Assembly: GCF_058153355.1 (NCBI RefSeq)
Contig: NZ_CM177019.1
Reading direction: 5' to 3' (one strand)
Length of the DNA stretch: 64,000 bases
Shown here piece by piece: positions 18,123 through 28,543 of the stretch (position 1 is the first letter of the stretch; every line of letters begins with the position of its first letter). A program made the position numbers and the translations under genes. The notes under the pieces were generated by a model that was not told the DNA's origin, made no database searches, and worked only from the letters and a program-made list of their open reading frames with translations.

Positions 18123-20166
18123 TACTAGTTGTGGCTTCTACAACTTGCGCCAATACTGGATCTTGTGTCATAAGCTCATTGCTGCCAGCTAACCAGCGGA
18201 TTCCATCGACTATGTATTTGGGGGCGTTCCATTCTGTCTCTGTAATCGCGTATTTCAATGCAAATTCTGATTTTTTCCACTCAGACGCTTTATCACGGGC
18301 TTCTATTTCCAGTTCCTGAGAATTTCTCCCTACCAGCCCGAATAAAGCCGAATTTGCAAGGATAAATGCATCTTCGAATGTGCGTCCGCAGGGGCCATCT
18401 GTCACTTCTGCACATTGATAGGCAATACGATTTCCATTACGAGCTTTATCATCGTCACTCCTGGCAATCAAACCAGCTAATGTGAAAGGGGTATCTTCAG
18501 AGAACCATGCTTTCAAACAAGCATTACTGGAATATGTACCAAGATGAACAGCACATGCCTGACCTCCTGCTCTTTGGACTGCGTCCAGATCTGTTATGAT
18601 CAGACTCTGAAGCTCAAGAAACGCTAATAACTCGAAGAACAAATGAGCGTAAGCACCGCCGACTTCCATCACCGTTGCGTACTGGCTCGACAGCTTCGGT
18701 CTCTCTGGTTCGGCTGATTCTAGTTTTTTGATGATGACGGGAAGCAATAATCGCTCGCTTAACCCCTCGACGAGAATCGCTTTATCTGCGAAAAACAGAT
18801 CACAACGTGTCAACGTCATGTATTGATGAAGGAATTTTTTATCTTCAATTAGAATATGATTCAGCCCTTTACGCAGATCTTTAATTTTGGTTTTTCGGAC
18901 ACCTTCCTGAGTCCCCTGTGCTGGAGCCCCCAGAAAATAGCGAATACTCTCGAAACCAGCCGCATTGGCAATGTGAGACGAGTGTGTAGACACGACAAAT
19001 TGTACAGGCCAGGGTCTCCTGTCCTCAGTGCCATCCACCAGTTGTTGTGCAATTTTGGCAAGTTGACGAATAAAAACCTCCTGCATTTGTGGATGCAGAT
19101 GGGCTTCTGGTTCTTCAATGAATATCAGGTGTACACCCGGCTCAGTAACTTCAGCACAAAATGCTTTATAGAAACCAGCTAATTGCAAGAGAATAAATAT
19201 CAGATTACGTGTACCAAGACCGTTATATGACTCCGGTAATGCGATTCCGCTATAACCTGAATAGCGAACTTTCGTGAAGTTTGATAGCAACTTGCTAACA
19301 TCGAGCAATGTTTCAGTATGTAACTCCTGTCCTCCCAATCCTGGGTATCCAAAAGTTTCTAGAGCCGGAATCAGACTGTTGAGCTGGTTTCCGAAGTTTG
19401 TGTCAATTTGAGTCTGAATGTCCTGAACTGCACCTTTCAATGCATCAGCAATTTGTTTATCAGCAGCTCCCGCAGATGCCGAAGAGGCTGTTGCGAAAAG
19501 ATTTTCAACCGTTTTAGCCAGTACATCGGATTCTCGGGACGTCACATCATCAAGTCCTCGCTGAGCGTTGATAAAGCCCGATTTGACCAGACCGCGCAAT
19601 GCACTAGGTGGTAACTCGCGACGATTATCAGGATCGTTGGGATCTTCAGCCCATATTTTCACACAGAAATTATTAGGGATACGTTCTCGCAATATACGGA
19701 GGAAAGCGAGGCGGTCTTCTCTAGAAAGTGGCATTTCAGTCTGACTTTCGAGAAATTGTGTCAGATGGCCATCTTTCAATTCGTATCGGACTACTACCTG
19801 CGCTTCAGAACACGCGGGATCCAAATCGATAACAAAGGGACTCAATGGACCTAATTGAGGTTGTGCAGGGTCGTACTGGAATTTCAGTCGAAGTTCAATG
19901 GCGGGAATAAGTTCTCGAACGAGATGATCTTCCATGCCTTCCTTAAGTGCTTCCAGAACATCACAAAAACGGTCGTAGCAGGAACTGGAAAAGTCTTCAA
20001 GTTGGAAAGTAGCACTACCATCTGCTAAGAATCTGCGTATTATTTCTGAGAGTGATGTTTTTCCGCTGTTGTTTCGTCCAACAATGACGGTCGTCTGTTC
20101 CTCCAATACAAGCTCTGCATCAGCTAAAAGACGGAAGTTTTTAATTTCGACCTGATGAATGTGCAT
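18094..20166 (-). CDS. OLD-family ATP-dependent endonuclease (ABC ATPase plus TOPRIM), GajA-like
   Basis: 690 aa; Walker A GRNNSGKTS, Walker B/D-loop LIFIEEPEAHLHP, H-loop STHSSH, TOPRIM-like AILVEGLSE and ITDLD. Confidence 0.7.
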   Translation of the reverse strand: MHIHQVEIKNFRLLADAELVLEEQTTVIVGRNNSGKTSLSEIIRRFLADGSATFQLEDFSSSCYDRFCDVLEALKEGMEDHLVRELIPAIELRLKFQYDPAQPQLGPLSPFVIDLDPACSEAQVVVRYELKDGHLTQFLESQTEMPLSREDRLAFLRILRERIPNNFCVKIWAEDPNDPDNRRELPPSALRGLVKSGFINAQRGLDDVTSRESDVLAKTVENLFATASSASAGAADKQIADALKGAVQDIQTQIDTNFGNQLNSLIPALETFGYPGLGGQELHTETLLDVSKLLSNFTKVRYSGYSGIALPESYNGLGTRNLIFILLQLAGFYKAFCAEVTEPGVHLIFIEEPEAHLHPQMQEVFIRQLAKIAQQLVDGTEDRRPWPVQFVVSTHSSHIANAAGFESIRYFLGAPAQGTQEGVRKTKIKDLRKGLNHILIEDKKFLHQYMTLTRCDLFFADKAILVEGLSERLLLPVIIKKLESAEPERPKLSSQYATVMEVGGAYAHLFFELLAFLELQSLIITDLDAVQRAGGQACAVHLGTYSSNACLKAWFSEDTPFTLAGLIARSDDDKARNGNRIAYQCAEVTDGPCGRTFEDAFILANSALFGLVGRNSQELEIEARDKASEWKKSEFALKYAITETEWNAPKYIVDGIRWLAGSNELMTQDPVLAQVVEATTSIEEGASADV

Positions 20167-20303
20167 ATGTCCCTCATGATCTATTTATAGTCTATCGATA
20201 AATCTGATGTTATTGCTCTACCTGTAATTTTCATTCTTACGATTGTTTTGCAATGCAAAATATACCTCAGGCCATATTTATTCCTGAGGTATGTTTTGGT
20301 ATC

Positions 20304-21824
20304 TCACTCGGTCAAAGAGGCCTCACGAACATCATCCGGTTGAGGTTGGCACTCTTTCCATCGTCGAATAAGCGTTGCTACACAGGGATTACCCGCCAGT
20401 TGATTCATTCTGACCCAGTCAACATCCACTAATCCAGCCAGAAGTTCAGGATTTAGTTCCCCTTGTAATGGGTGCCACTGGCGAATACTGGGCTGGCGCT
20501 GAATTTGAGGTTGAAGGGGAGCCAAACTCCCGACGATAACGTAATTTTGTTCTGGATCATGCCAGAGTCGTGTAATGCCAGGTATGTTTTTCAACCAGTT
20601 TCGAGGATCACCTAAAGGTAAATCAAAAACACGAGAGAGTAATTTATTCCATGACGCTATTAATGACGAACTGGCTTTCTTTGCCAATTTTTTCTCACCT
20701 GCCAGGAGTGCATTTTTTCTTTCTGGCCATTTGGAAAAAATATAACTTTTTAAAATATCGTAGGTAACATTAAGTTCATTATTGTAATAATACTCACGCA
20801 AAGCACAATTCCACAACTCGCACAGCAAGTCTAGTTCACGCATGAGTGTATTTTTATTGGTATCTGATAATTCACCTTCCTCATTAAGTTGCGCTATATA
20901 AAAAGACAGTATCTTTGTATCTGGTAAGAGCCAGTGGTTTAGTGAGAACTGCTGACTTTGAGTATCAAGAACAGTCATTAATGCATCTAAATTCTCAGGG
21001 ATCATATTAGGGGTGTCGTATTTCGGATCCTGAAGAAGAATGGATATTTCTTCCATTCTATGAATAATTATTGTCAATCTCTGAGCAAATCTGGTTAATT
21101 TATCTTCACTGCTGCCAAAACCTTGCGCTATTGATTCAGGCCGATAAGTATAAGGCCATTTTTTATTTAAGAGAGTAAGAAGAGCCTCGACAGAGGTATC
21201 AAACAGTTTCAGCCTTTCATCGCAGGCTTTAACTAAATCCGGGCAAGAAGGATTAAAAGGTAAAATTACTGGGCGGTCTTGTTCAGCGGTGAATAAATAT
21301 CCTTCGGTGATAACCAATAGGTCATGAGTCAGTAAGTCTTTCTGTTCTGTCAGGCTTGTACTGATTCTTGTTTCTTTGCAAAGTAAAAGATGCTTCAACG
21401 CAAGTTCTTTGTACGCAACTTCGGTATTACGCGCCAATGCATCAAGACAGGTCTTTTTCTCAAGATCTTGAATGGCATAGTCGTAATAGCAAGAATCTAT
21501 CGCAGGGATGAGTCGGGTAGTCCCATCGGGAGTATCCTGCTCAATCAATAAATTATCAACAACAGAATCACCACTAAGATCAAACGGATTAACGTTGATA
21601 TGCTGGCACGCAATTTTAGTTCTTAGATTCTGAGTTAACGGATAGCGGTCATCAATTATACCACGGATCTGATCTAACAAAACAAGTATGCATATAGAGC
21701 TGTCTTTTTCCAATTTTTCAAATGATGAGGGTTCTGAATCCGGTAATAATTCCAGCTGTACATCAGGATACTTTTTGTTCAACACCTTTTGTATCTGCGC
21801 ACTTCCCCGTGAAACCCGGGTCAT
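20304..21824 (-). CDS. hypothetical protein, no recognisable motif; 5' end lies in IS66-derived sequence
   Basis: Long ORF (track 20304-22004); only in-frame Met codons are inside the IS66 tnpC remnant, so the native N-terminus is probably lost. Confidence 0.4.
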   Translation of the reverse strand: MTRVSRGSAQIQKVLNKKYPDVQLELLPDSEPSSFEKLEKDSSICILVLLDQIRGIIDDRYPLTQNLRTKIACQHINVNPFDLSGDSVVDNLLIEQDTPDGTTRLIPAIDSCYYDYAIQDLEKKTCLDALARNTEVAYKELALKHLLLCKETRISTSLTEQKDLLTHDLLVITEGYLFTAEQDRPVILPFNPSCPDLVKACDERLKLFDTSVEALLTLLNKKWPYTYRPESIAQGFGSSEDKLTRFAQRLTIIIHRMEEISILLQDPKYDTPNMIPENLDALMTVLDTQSQQFSLNHWLLPDTKILSFYIAQLNEEGELSDTNKNTLMRELDLLCELWNCALREYYYNNELNVTYDILKSYIFSKWPERKNALLAGEKKLAKKASSSLIASWNKLLSRVFDLPLGDPRNWLKNIPGITRLWHDPEQNYVIVGSLAPLQPQIQRQPSIRQWHPLQGELNPELLAGLVDVDWVRMNQLAGNPCVATLIRRWKECQPQPDDVREASLTE

Positions 21825-22843
21825 CCAACCGGAAGAAGAATGCTGCCCGGCCTGTGGTGGCGGGCTCAGTCCTCTGGGATGTGATGTGTCAGAACAACTG
21901 GAGCTTATCAGCAGCGCCTTTAAGGTTATCGAAACACAACGTCCGAAACTGGCCTGTTGCCGGTGCGACCATATCGTGCAGGCTCCGGTGCCTTCAAAAC
22001 CCATTGCACGCAGTTATGCCGGAGCGGGGCTTCTGGCCCATGTTGTCGCTGGAAAATATGCAGACCATCTGCCGTTATACCGCCAGTCAGAAATATACCG
22101 TCGTCAGGGCGTGGAGCTGAGCCGTGCCACACTGGGGCGCTGGACAGGTGCTGTTGCTGAACTGCTGGAACCGCTGTATGACATCCTGCGCCAGTATGTG
22201 CTGATGCCCGGTAAAGTCCATGCCGATGATATCCCCGTTCCGGTCCAGGAGCCGGGCAGCGGTAAAACAAGGACTGCCCGGCTGTGGGTCTACGTTCGTG
22301 ATGACCGTAACGCCGGTTCGGAAATGCCTCCGGCGGTCTGGTTCGCGTACAGCCCGGACCGGAAAGGTATCCATCCACAGAATCATCTGGCCGGTTACAG
22401 CGGAGTGCTTCAGGCCGATGCTTACGGTGGTTACCGGGCGTTGTACGAATCCGGCAGAATAACGGAAGCCGCATGTATGGCTCATGCCCGGAGAAAAATC
22501 CACGATGTGCATGCAAGAGTGCCCACCGACATCACCACGGAAGCCCTGCAGCGTATCGGTGAACTGTATGCCATCGAGGCAGAGGTCCGGGGCTGTTCAG
22601 CAGAACAGCGTCTGGCGGCAAGAAAAGCCAGAGCCGCGCCACTGATGCAGTCACTGTATGACTGGATACAGCAACAGATGAAAACACTGTCGCGTCACTC
22701 GGACACGGCAAAAGCGTTCGCATACCTGCTGAAACAGTGGGATGCACTGAACGTGTACTGCAGTAATGGCTGGGTGGAAATCGACAACAACATCGCAGAG
22801 AACGCCTTACGGGGAGTGGCCGTAGGCCGGAAAAACTGGCTCT

Positions 22844-24667
22844 GTGTGTCACGAAGGAGTACTTATGGCAACAATGTGAAAATTGCAGCATAAGTTATCC
22901 ATGCTCTGAGGTGGGTGGAGGTGGGCCCTCCGGTCAGGGTTTACAGGAGCACTGACCAAACGACCCGGTGCTGCTTCATTCTAAGGAATGAGGTGGTGAG
23001 CGACTCGGGAAAAGGCAGAGATCTACTGTCACGTGGGGTTCGGGAAGCTGAACGAAAGTAAACTGTCCGATGAAGCATCGAAATCTTAGATGATGTCAAA
23101 ATGGGGCCGTACAGCCGTCCCCTGATAAGCGCAGAAGACACCTGCTTACTGACTGCGCGGCATCCGGTGTGAAGGCAGCAGGATCCCGGGCCAGACCATC
23201 TCAGGGAACGTGAGAACCTGTTTCCGGCACGTATCGGGAAACAGGGGCGGACCCATTCGTAGTAGTGATGAAAGATCTGTAATGGGTCTGGAGCGAAGGG
23301 ATGGGGATCACATTCATTGCAGAAGACACAACCCAAAAGGGGATGACGTAACTGATGCAACGAAAATCATTTGAAATACCAAAAGCACTGGTCTGGGCAT
23401 CATATCTGGATGTGCGTCGCAACAAGGGAGCCCCCGGATGCGACGGGCAGACTTTGAAAATGTTCGACCAGCAACGTGATGGCAATCTATACAAGATCTG
23501 GAACCGGCTATGTTCGGGAACATGGTTTCCGCCACCAGTGCTGGAAAAACGGATCCCGAAGTCGAATGGCAAGGAACGCATTCTGGGGATCCCAACAGTA
23601 TCCGATCGAATTGCTCAGGGAGCGATAAAACTTTTCATGGAAGAAAAGCTTGACCCGATTTTCCATGCTGATTCATATGGTTACCGACCAGGCAAATCAG
23701 CTCATGACGCTCTGAAACAATGTGCCATCCGGTGCTGGCGTTATAGCTGGATACTGGAAGTGGACATCAGTGCGTTTTTCGACCATGTGAGACATGATCT
23801 GGTGCTCAAAGCTCTGGAACACCACGGGATGCCTAAATGGGTCATCCTGTACTGTCGACGCTGGATGGAAGCGCCAATGCAGAGTTGTGAAAATGGAGAA
23901 TTAATAACCCGAACACGAGGCACTCCGCAGGGCGGGGTCATTAGTCCACTACTTGCTAACTTGTTCCTTCACTATGCATTTGATTTGTGGATGGAAAGAG
24001 AATATCGGGGGGTACCGTTTGAGAGGTACGCTGACGATATTGTAGTACATTGTTCACGAATGAGTGATGCAACAAGGCTGAAGAACAGGTTATCGGAGCG
24101 CTTCTCGGAAGTCGGGCTGGTCCTGAATGCAGGGAAAACGAATATCGCCTACATTGACACGTTTAAAAGGAGAAACGTCGCAACGAGTTTCACCTTTCTC
24201 GGATATGACTTCAAAGTGCGTACGCTGAAGAATTTCAAAGGCGAACTGTACCGAAAATGCATGCCGGGTGCGTCAAATGCAGCAATGCGCAAAATAACAG
24301 AAACAATCAAGAAGTGGCGTATACATCGCTCAACAGCTGAGAGTTTGCTGGATTTTGCGAGGCGCTACAATGCGATAGTGAGAGGCTGGATCGAGTACTA
24401 CGGAAAGTTCTGGTCCAGAAATTTCAACTATCGACTGTGGAGTGCAATGCAGTCACGTCTGCTCAAGTGGATGCAGTCTAAATACAGACTTTCGAACCGG
24501 AAGGCTCAGCGAAAGCTGACGCTGGTAAGGAAGGAGTATCCGAAGCTATTTGTTCACTGGTATTTACTACGTGCATCAAATGAGTGATCAAGAGCCGTAT
24601 GACGCGAGAGTGTCACGTACGGTTCCGTGAGCAGCCGGGGAGTGAAATTCTCTCCGGCTGACTCGAC
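22844..24667 (+). mobile_element. group II intron (~1.8 kb) with intron-encoded reverse transcriptase
   Basis: 5' GTGTG start; domain V-like GAGCCGTATGACGCGAGAGTGTCACGTACGGTTC near 3' end; joining the flanks restores the TnpC frame (KNWL-FAGSDSGG). Confidence 0.7.
23355..24587 (+). CDS. group II intron reverse transcriptase/maturase
   Basis: 410 aa with RT motifs including YADD and a C-terminal maturase-like region. Confidence 0.8.
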   Translation: MQRKSFEIPKALVWASYLDVRRNKGAPGCDGQTLKMFDQQRDGNLYKIWNRLCSGTWFPPPVLEKRIPKSNGKERILGIPTVSDRIAQGAIKLFMEEKLDPIFHADSYGYRPGKSAHDALKQCAIRCWRYSWILEVDISAFFDHVRHDLVLKALEHHGMPKWVILYCRRWMEAPMQSCENGELITRTRGTPQGGVISPLLANLFLHYAFDLWMEREYRGVPFERYADDIVVHCSRMSDATRLKNRLSERFSEVGLVLNAGKTNIAYIDTFKRRNVATSFTFLGYDFKVRTLKNFKGELYRKCMPGASNAAMRKITETIKKWRIHRSTAESLLDFARRYNAIVRGWIEYYGKFWSRNFNYRLWSAMQSRLLKWMQSKYRLSNRKAQRKLTLVRKEYPKLFVHWYLLRASNE

Positions 24668-24852
24668 TCGCAGGTTCCGACAGCGGTGGCGAACATGCGG
24701 CGGTGTTGTACTCGCTGATCGGCACATGCCGTCTGAACAATGTGGGGCCAGAAAAATGGCTGCGTTACGTCATTGAGCATATCCAGGACTGGCCGGCAAA
24801 CCGGGTACGCGATCTGTTGCCCTGGAAAGTTGATCTGAGCTCTCAGTAAATA

Positions 24853-26796
24853 TCAATACGGTTCTGGCGAGCCGCTTACGTTTAATCGGGAAATCTCATA
24901 TTTTCGGTTCATCATTAATGGCAGAAGGAAGCGTTGATGCTGTTGACGAGAAATTTCACCAGCACGGAGCAGTTTTTCTAGGTTGCGTAACTGGAAACCC
25001 GCATGCGCCATATCATCATTGTTCTCTGTATTGGCCTGAAAAGCGGAAAAGTAATAATGCCGTGATTCCAGCAAATATAAACAGGTCAGATCCATATTTT
25101 TGCCAGATTCAGGCAGGCTGAAATCCAGATTCACACCATTCGTCGCAGAGGCGGTCTGAGTCAGCACAATGACAATACGCCGGGAGGCAAATGCGGCCTG
25201 ATAAGCATCACTAAAGCCCTTTTTCTTCTGACATTCTGCGGTTAACAGACAAATCAGCGCAGGCTCATTATGTATGCTCACTGGGATAAACACATCAGCA
25301 AAATTTTTTAGTAGAGGATCATCAGATAAAGGTTGTTCCATTTTTAACCATGCGAGGTATTCTCTACTTTGTGTTGCTATTGTAGTGGTAAGCCATTTTC
25401 TTAAATAGGCTATGGAATTCACGAAAGCAAGATGCCCCCGGTGTTGAGGTCTTTTTCCCGCAAGATCCAATACATTAAGCAATTTTAGCAGTATATTTTT
25501 TCGATATTCTGATTCGAAATCTGATGAGGGGTCATCGCCATTCTGGAAAAAATCGGGGGCTAGCGAAGCGAGCAGATCAACACAATGCGGGTTATTCTTT
25601 ATGCTATTGAAATCTTGAATCTCAGCATTCAGTTGTGTGTTTCTGATATTTTCTTTGCTGTTATTGATCTCTTCAATAGCTAAATACTGCAACTGGAAAT
25701 CATCAGCCGTCTGGACATAAGGTATCGGTTCTTTAAACCACTCGACAGGTCGTTTTTCAAAAGTTGTTCCCAGAAAACTTTGTGTAACAGCAGGGTTGCG
25801 TGCTTCTGCAATATAACGAAGAGCTGAATTAATCCACCGGACATCGAAGTGATTACAGGCTCTTTCAATATATGACGTAGCCGACAGTGCAAAGACAAGA
25901 TTACGACTGGCGAGAGAAAGCAGCAGACCTTCTGCCGTCGTGGGCAGAAAGGCACGTTTGATCTGTATCCGTAACGGATCGATATCCGTATCTGAGACAT
26001 TCTGTTTCAGCAACCAATTGGTCAAGCCAAAAATACTGGCATGAGTATTTGGCAAAATATTACTTTTCCTTAATTCCCGTAGTTCCGGCAGGTCAGTACG
26101 CGGTAACAAAAATCGGGACATATTGGGCAGGGTTGAGCCGTAGTATGAAGGCCTGTAATCATTAACGGGGTCGAACAGAAGTCGGGTTAACTTTTTAATG
26201 TATTCATACGCTTCATCTTCACTTGCAGTCAGGTCGGTCAACATTAGGCTAAACTGTCGAATGAATTTTTCCATCAAGCGTAAAAAATCACTGATGTCGA
26301 TAGTCTGATCGCTATCCTGAAGCGGAGAGTCTGGCCTGATAATTTCGTATCCATGTTCCGCTTTCCGCATAATAAGCCGTTCACTGGTCACCAGTTGATC
26401 GGAACGGAATAAATAATGCTCACCAAAGGGTTTATTATCCAGATATTGCTGAAGAGGAATAACCAGCGATCTGGCATGTGTTAAATCAGCATGTTTTTCT
26501 GTTAATGCACTATCCAGATCATTAATAAATTTTTCTAGACGTTCACGGATCATAGGTGCAGGTTCCATTTCAACATACTGCATACGTTGTAGTAATCTGC
26601 GTCCCCCGTCGAGCAACTGACCCAGACACTCAGGTGGTTCCTGAACCCATTGCGCCTGTGCCAGATACTCTTGTAATACCTCAGACTGGTAATCAAATTC
26701 ATCGATGAAAATGATGTAATTACGCAGCTCTTTGCTGGACATTTTTACTTTGCGACGCCCATCGTAAAACGATGAAACCATCTTTTGAGTCGTCAT
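24853..26796 (-). CDS. hypothetical large protein, downstream part of a split P-loop NTPase; Walker-B-like IIFIDEFD near N-terminus
   Basis: 647-aa ORF; stop codon lies inside the IS66 terminal repeat; starts 2 nt after the stop of 26799-27572 in another frame. Confidence 0.45.
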   Translation of the reverse strand: MTTQKMVSSFYDGRRKVKMSSKELRNYIIFIDEFDYQSEVLQEYLAQAQWVQEPPECLGQLLDGGRRLLQRMQYVEMEPAPMIRERLEKFINDLDSALTEKHADLTHARSLVIPLQQYLDNKPFGEHYLFRSDQLVTSERLIMRKAEHGYEIIRPDSPLQDSDQTIDISDFLRLMEKFIRQFSLMLTDLTASEDEAYEYIKKLTRLLFDPVNDYRPSYYGSTLPNMSRFLLPRTDLPELRELRKSNILPNTHASIFGLTNWLLKQNVSDTDIDPLRIQIKRAFLPTTAEGLLLSLASRNLVFALSATSYIERACNHFDVRWINSALRYIAEARNPAVTQSFLGTTFEKRPVEWFKEPIPYVQTADDFQLQYLAIEEINNSKENIRNTQLNAEIQDFNSIKNNPHCVDLLASLAPDFFQNGDDPSSDFESEYRKNILLKLLNVLDLAGKRPQHRGHLAFVNSIAYLRKWLTTTIATQSREYLAWLKMEQPLSDDPLLKNFADVFIPVSIHNEPALICLLTAECQKKKGFSDAYQAAFASRRIVIVLTQTASATNGVNLDFSLPESGKNMDLTCLYLLESRHYYFSAFQANTENNDDMAHAGFQLRNLEKLLRAGEISRQQHQRFLLPLMMNRKYEISRLNVSGSPEPY

Positions 26797-26798
26797 GA

Positions 26799-27572
26799 TC
26801 AGCAGGTGTTGCTTTTCGTCACGCCAGGCAATGGCGGGCAGAATGCGCCTGACCCAGACGTGGCGACGGAAATCTGCAACTCGTTGCCTGGCTTGGCTGC
26901 CTGCGTGAGTTCATGTTCTTCGCCATATTTTTCTTTTTGTTTCTTGGCTTCTTTTTCCAGCAATTTGATATTCTGAATCAGAGTTATCTCCACCGCTGCG
27001 CATGATTTGATTAATGACTCTTTCTCACTGGCGATGGCCGTCTGAAAACGCGTCGGATATCCTTTCAGCGATTTGTTAATATGCAGTATGTTTTTGCAAT
27101 TTCTACGCAATTTGTCGGCGATATCCTGAATGGCAAACAAATTTCTGTCTTCCAGGATATTGATGGAGTCAAATGGATCGGGAAGTGAGTCTGCGGAAAT
27201 ATTATTCTCATGAGGCAAGGGGGTGGCCTCGATGGCAGAAACGATCTGTTCATCTTGTGCATAGAGCACGCTGACGGTGAATGGTTCCCCGTTACTGTCT
27301 TTATGCGCTGCCGTTTTCTCATAAATGTCGTGCAAAATATTCCAGCGATGGGTAACCAGAATGGCTTGAGAGCCTGATTTTTTTATCGTCTCCAGCGCCG
27401 GGAGAGCGTTATCGGCATAGCCAGAGCGGTAGAGTGAGCTGGTTTTTCCGCTACCCGTAGGCCCCTGAAGCTGACAAAATCCTGCGATACGACGGGATGT
27501 TTTGGATTTTTTTGCCTGAGAAAGGGTGTATTCAATAACGGCATTGTAGGAACGTATTAAAGGGGCACTCAC
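26799..27572 (-). CDS. P-loop NTPase N-terminal segment (Walker A GPTGSGKTS)
   Basis: 257-aa ORF with Walker A near residue 40; low-complexity C-terminal tail suggests a frameshift into the next ORF. Confidence 0.45.
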   Translation of the reverse strand: MSAPLIRSYNAVIEYTLSQAKKSKTSRRIAGFCQLQGPTGSGKTSSLYRSGYADNALPALETIKKSGSQAILVTHRWNILHDIYEKTAAHKDSNGEPFTVSVLYAQDEQIVSAIEATPLPHENNISADSLPDPFDSINILEDRNLFAIQDIADKLRRNCKNILHINKSLKGYPTRFQTAIASEKESLIKSCAAVEITLIQNIKLLEKEAKKQKEKYGEEHELTQAAKPGNELQISVATSGSGAFCPPLPGVTKSNTC

Positions 27573-27885
27573 ATTTCACCTCATCCGTGTCAGGTTATCG
27601 AAGAGTAGAATTTCAGCAAATTCATGTTACACCGAACGGGTATCATTTCAATGTTTAATAATAATTTCCCCTTATAAAACAACGCTTATAATACATTCGC
27701 AGGTCAGATGATTTATCGGTGTGTTATTTGTTTGAATTTGGTGTTGTGGTTTTCTTTTTTTAACAATCTTCGATCTTCCTTCCACGACTTCCCCTTGCCG
27801 TTTTCAACCGAAAGCGGTATCTTTCACTTGCACCTGCAAAATCAGGTGCCGGGATTGGAACCCCGAAATGTAACCATACTGGCGA

Positions 27886-27910
27886 CACGTGACGCGTCTG
27901 CGTCTTTTTT
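27886..27910 (+). terminator. hairpin plus T-run (GACGCGTCTGCGTC-TTTTTTT)
   Basis: Short GC stem followed by seven T on the plus strand. Confidence 0.35.
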
Positions 27911-28075
27911 TATGTCGCGCGCTTAGCTACACCAAAATTATGGTGGGCTGGGCGGGGGCACCGTAAGGTGCGCCGGTTCCAGTATGGCCGGTAGTTCCAA
28001 CCTCGTTCAGTCCACCACCCATGAGATTGGAACCTCTGGTGGTGGTTTTCAAACCACATACTGGAGGCTGCCTTT

Positions 28076-28543
28076 ATGGCTACGATCCCCACTCAGACAC
28101 ACCCGTTACTTGCTGTTCCCTTCAATGCTGCCACAGATTTTACCGTACTGGCAGACCACTGTGAAAACTTCGCCGAAACCCTGATCGAAAGCGACGACCC
28201 GGTGCTGCGGCTGGCGCTTTGCGGGCGGCTTGCCGCCTGTCTGACTCTGCTGCAACCCACGCTGAACGAACCCATCCCGTCCCATCTGACTGACAGCCTG
28301 ACCGTTGATGCTCTACCTGCCGATATGCCCCGATTTGTCCCCGACGCTGAATTACTTTGTGACTACTCACTGACGCTGGCGCAACTTCTTATCGGGCAGG
28401 GGATGCTGCCAAAAATGGAGCAGACGATAACTGGCTTATTATGTGAACTGGTCTGGTATTTTGCCGCTGAAATGAAAGCCCCGCGTTGGCTGCGTACTGC
28501 CGGTGGCGTGAAGTTTATCGATGGTGTGGAGGCCAAAGCATGA
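28076..28543 (+). CDS. hypothetical protein (155 aa), translationally coupled to Ner-like gene
   Basis: ORF with no recognised motif; stop overlaps the next start. Confidence 0.4.
   Translation: MATIPTQTHPLLAVPFNAATDFTVLADHCENFAETLIESDDPVLRLALCGRLAACLTLLQPTLNEPIPSHLTDSLTVDALPADMPRFVPDAELLCDYSLTLAQLLIGQGMLPKMEQTITGLLCELVWYFAAEMKAPRWLRTAGGVKFIDGVEAKA

Larger units (their letters stand above)
21799..24880 (+). mobile_element. IS66-family remnant: tnpC lacking its N-terminus, no tnpA/tnpB, interrupted by a group II intron
   Basis: ORF 21688-22893 reads as IS66 TnpC from [21 protein letters not shown]-terminal exon resumes at 24668 and ends 24849; GTAAGCGGC-type terminal repeat near 24870-24880. 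Confidence 0.65.

Noticed and set aside
21688-22516. Minus-strand and alternate-frame ORFs overlapping the IS66 tnpC remnant (for example 21926-22516, 22087-22512)
   Set aside because: They overlap a recognisable transposase frame and show proline/arginine-rich composition typical of spurious frames in GC-rich DNA.
23355-24587. Reverse transcriptase as a possible retron or diversity-generating element
   Set aside because: Self-splicing intron boundaries and a domain V-like element flank it, and excising it restores the TnpC frame. There is no nearby msr/msd-like or template-repeat structure.
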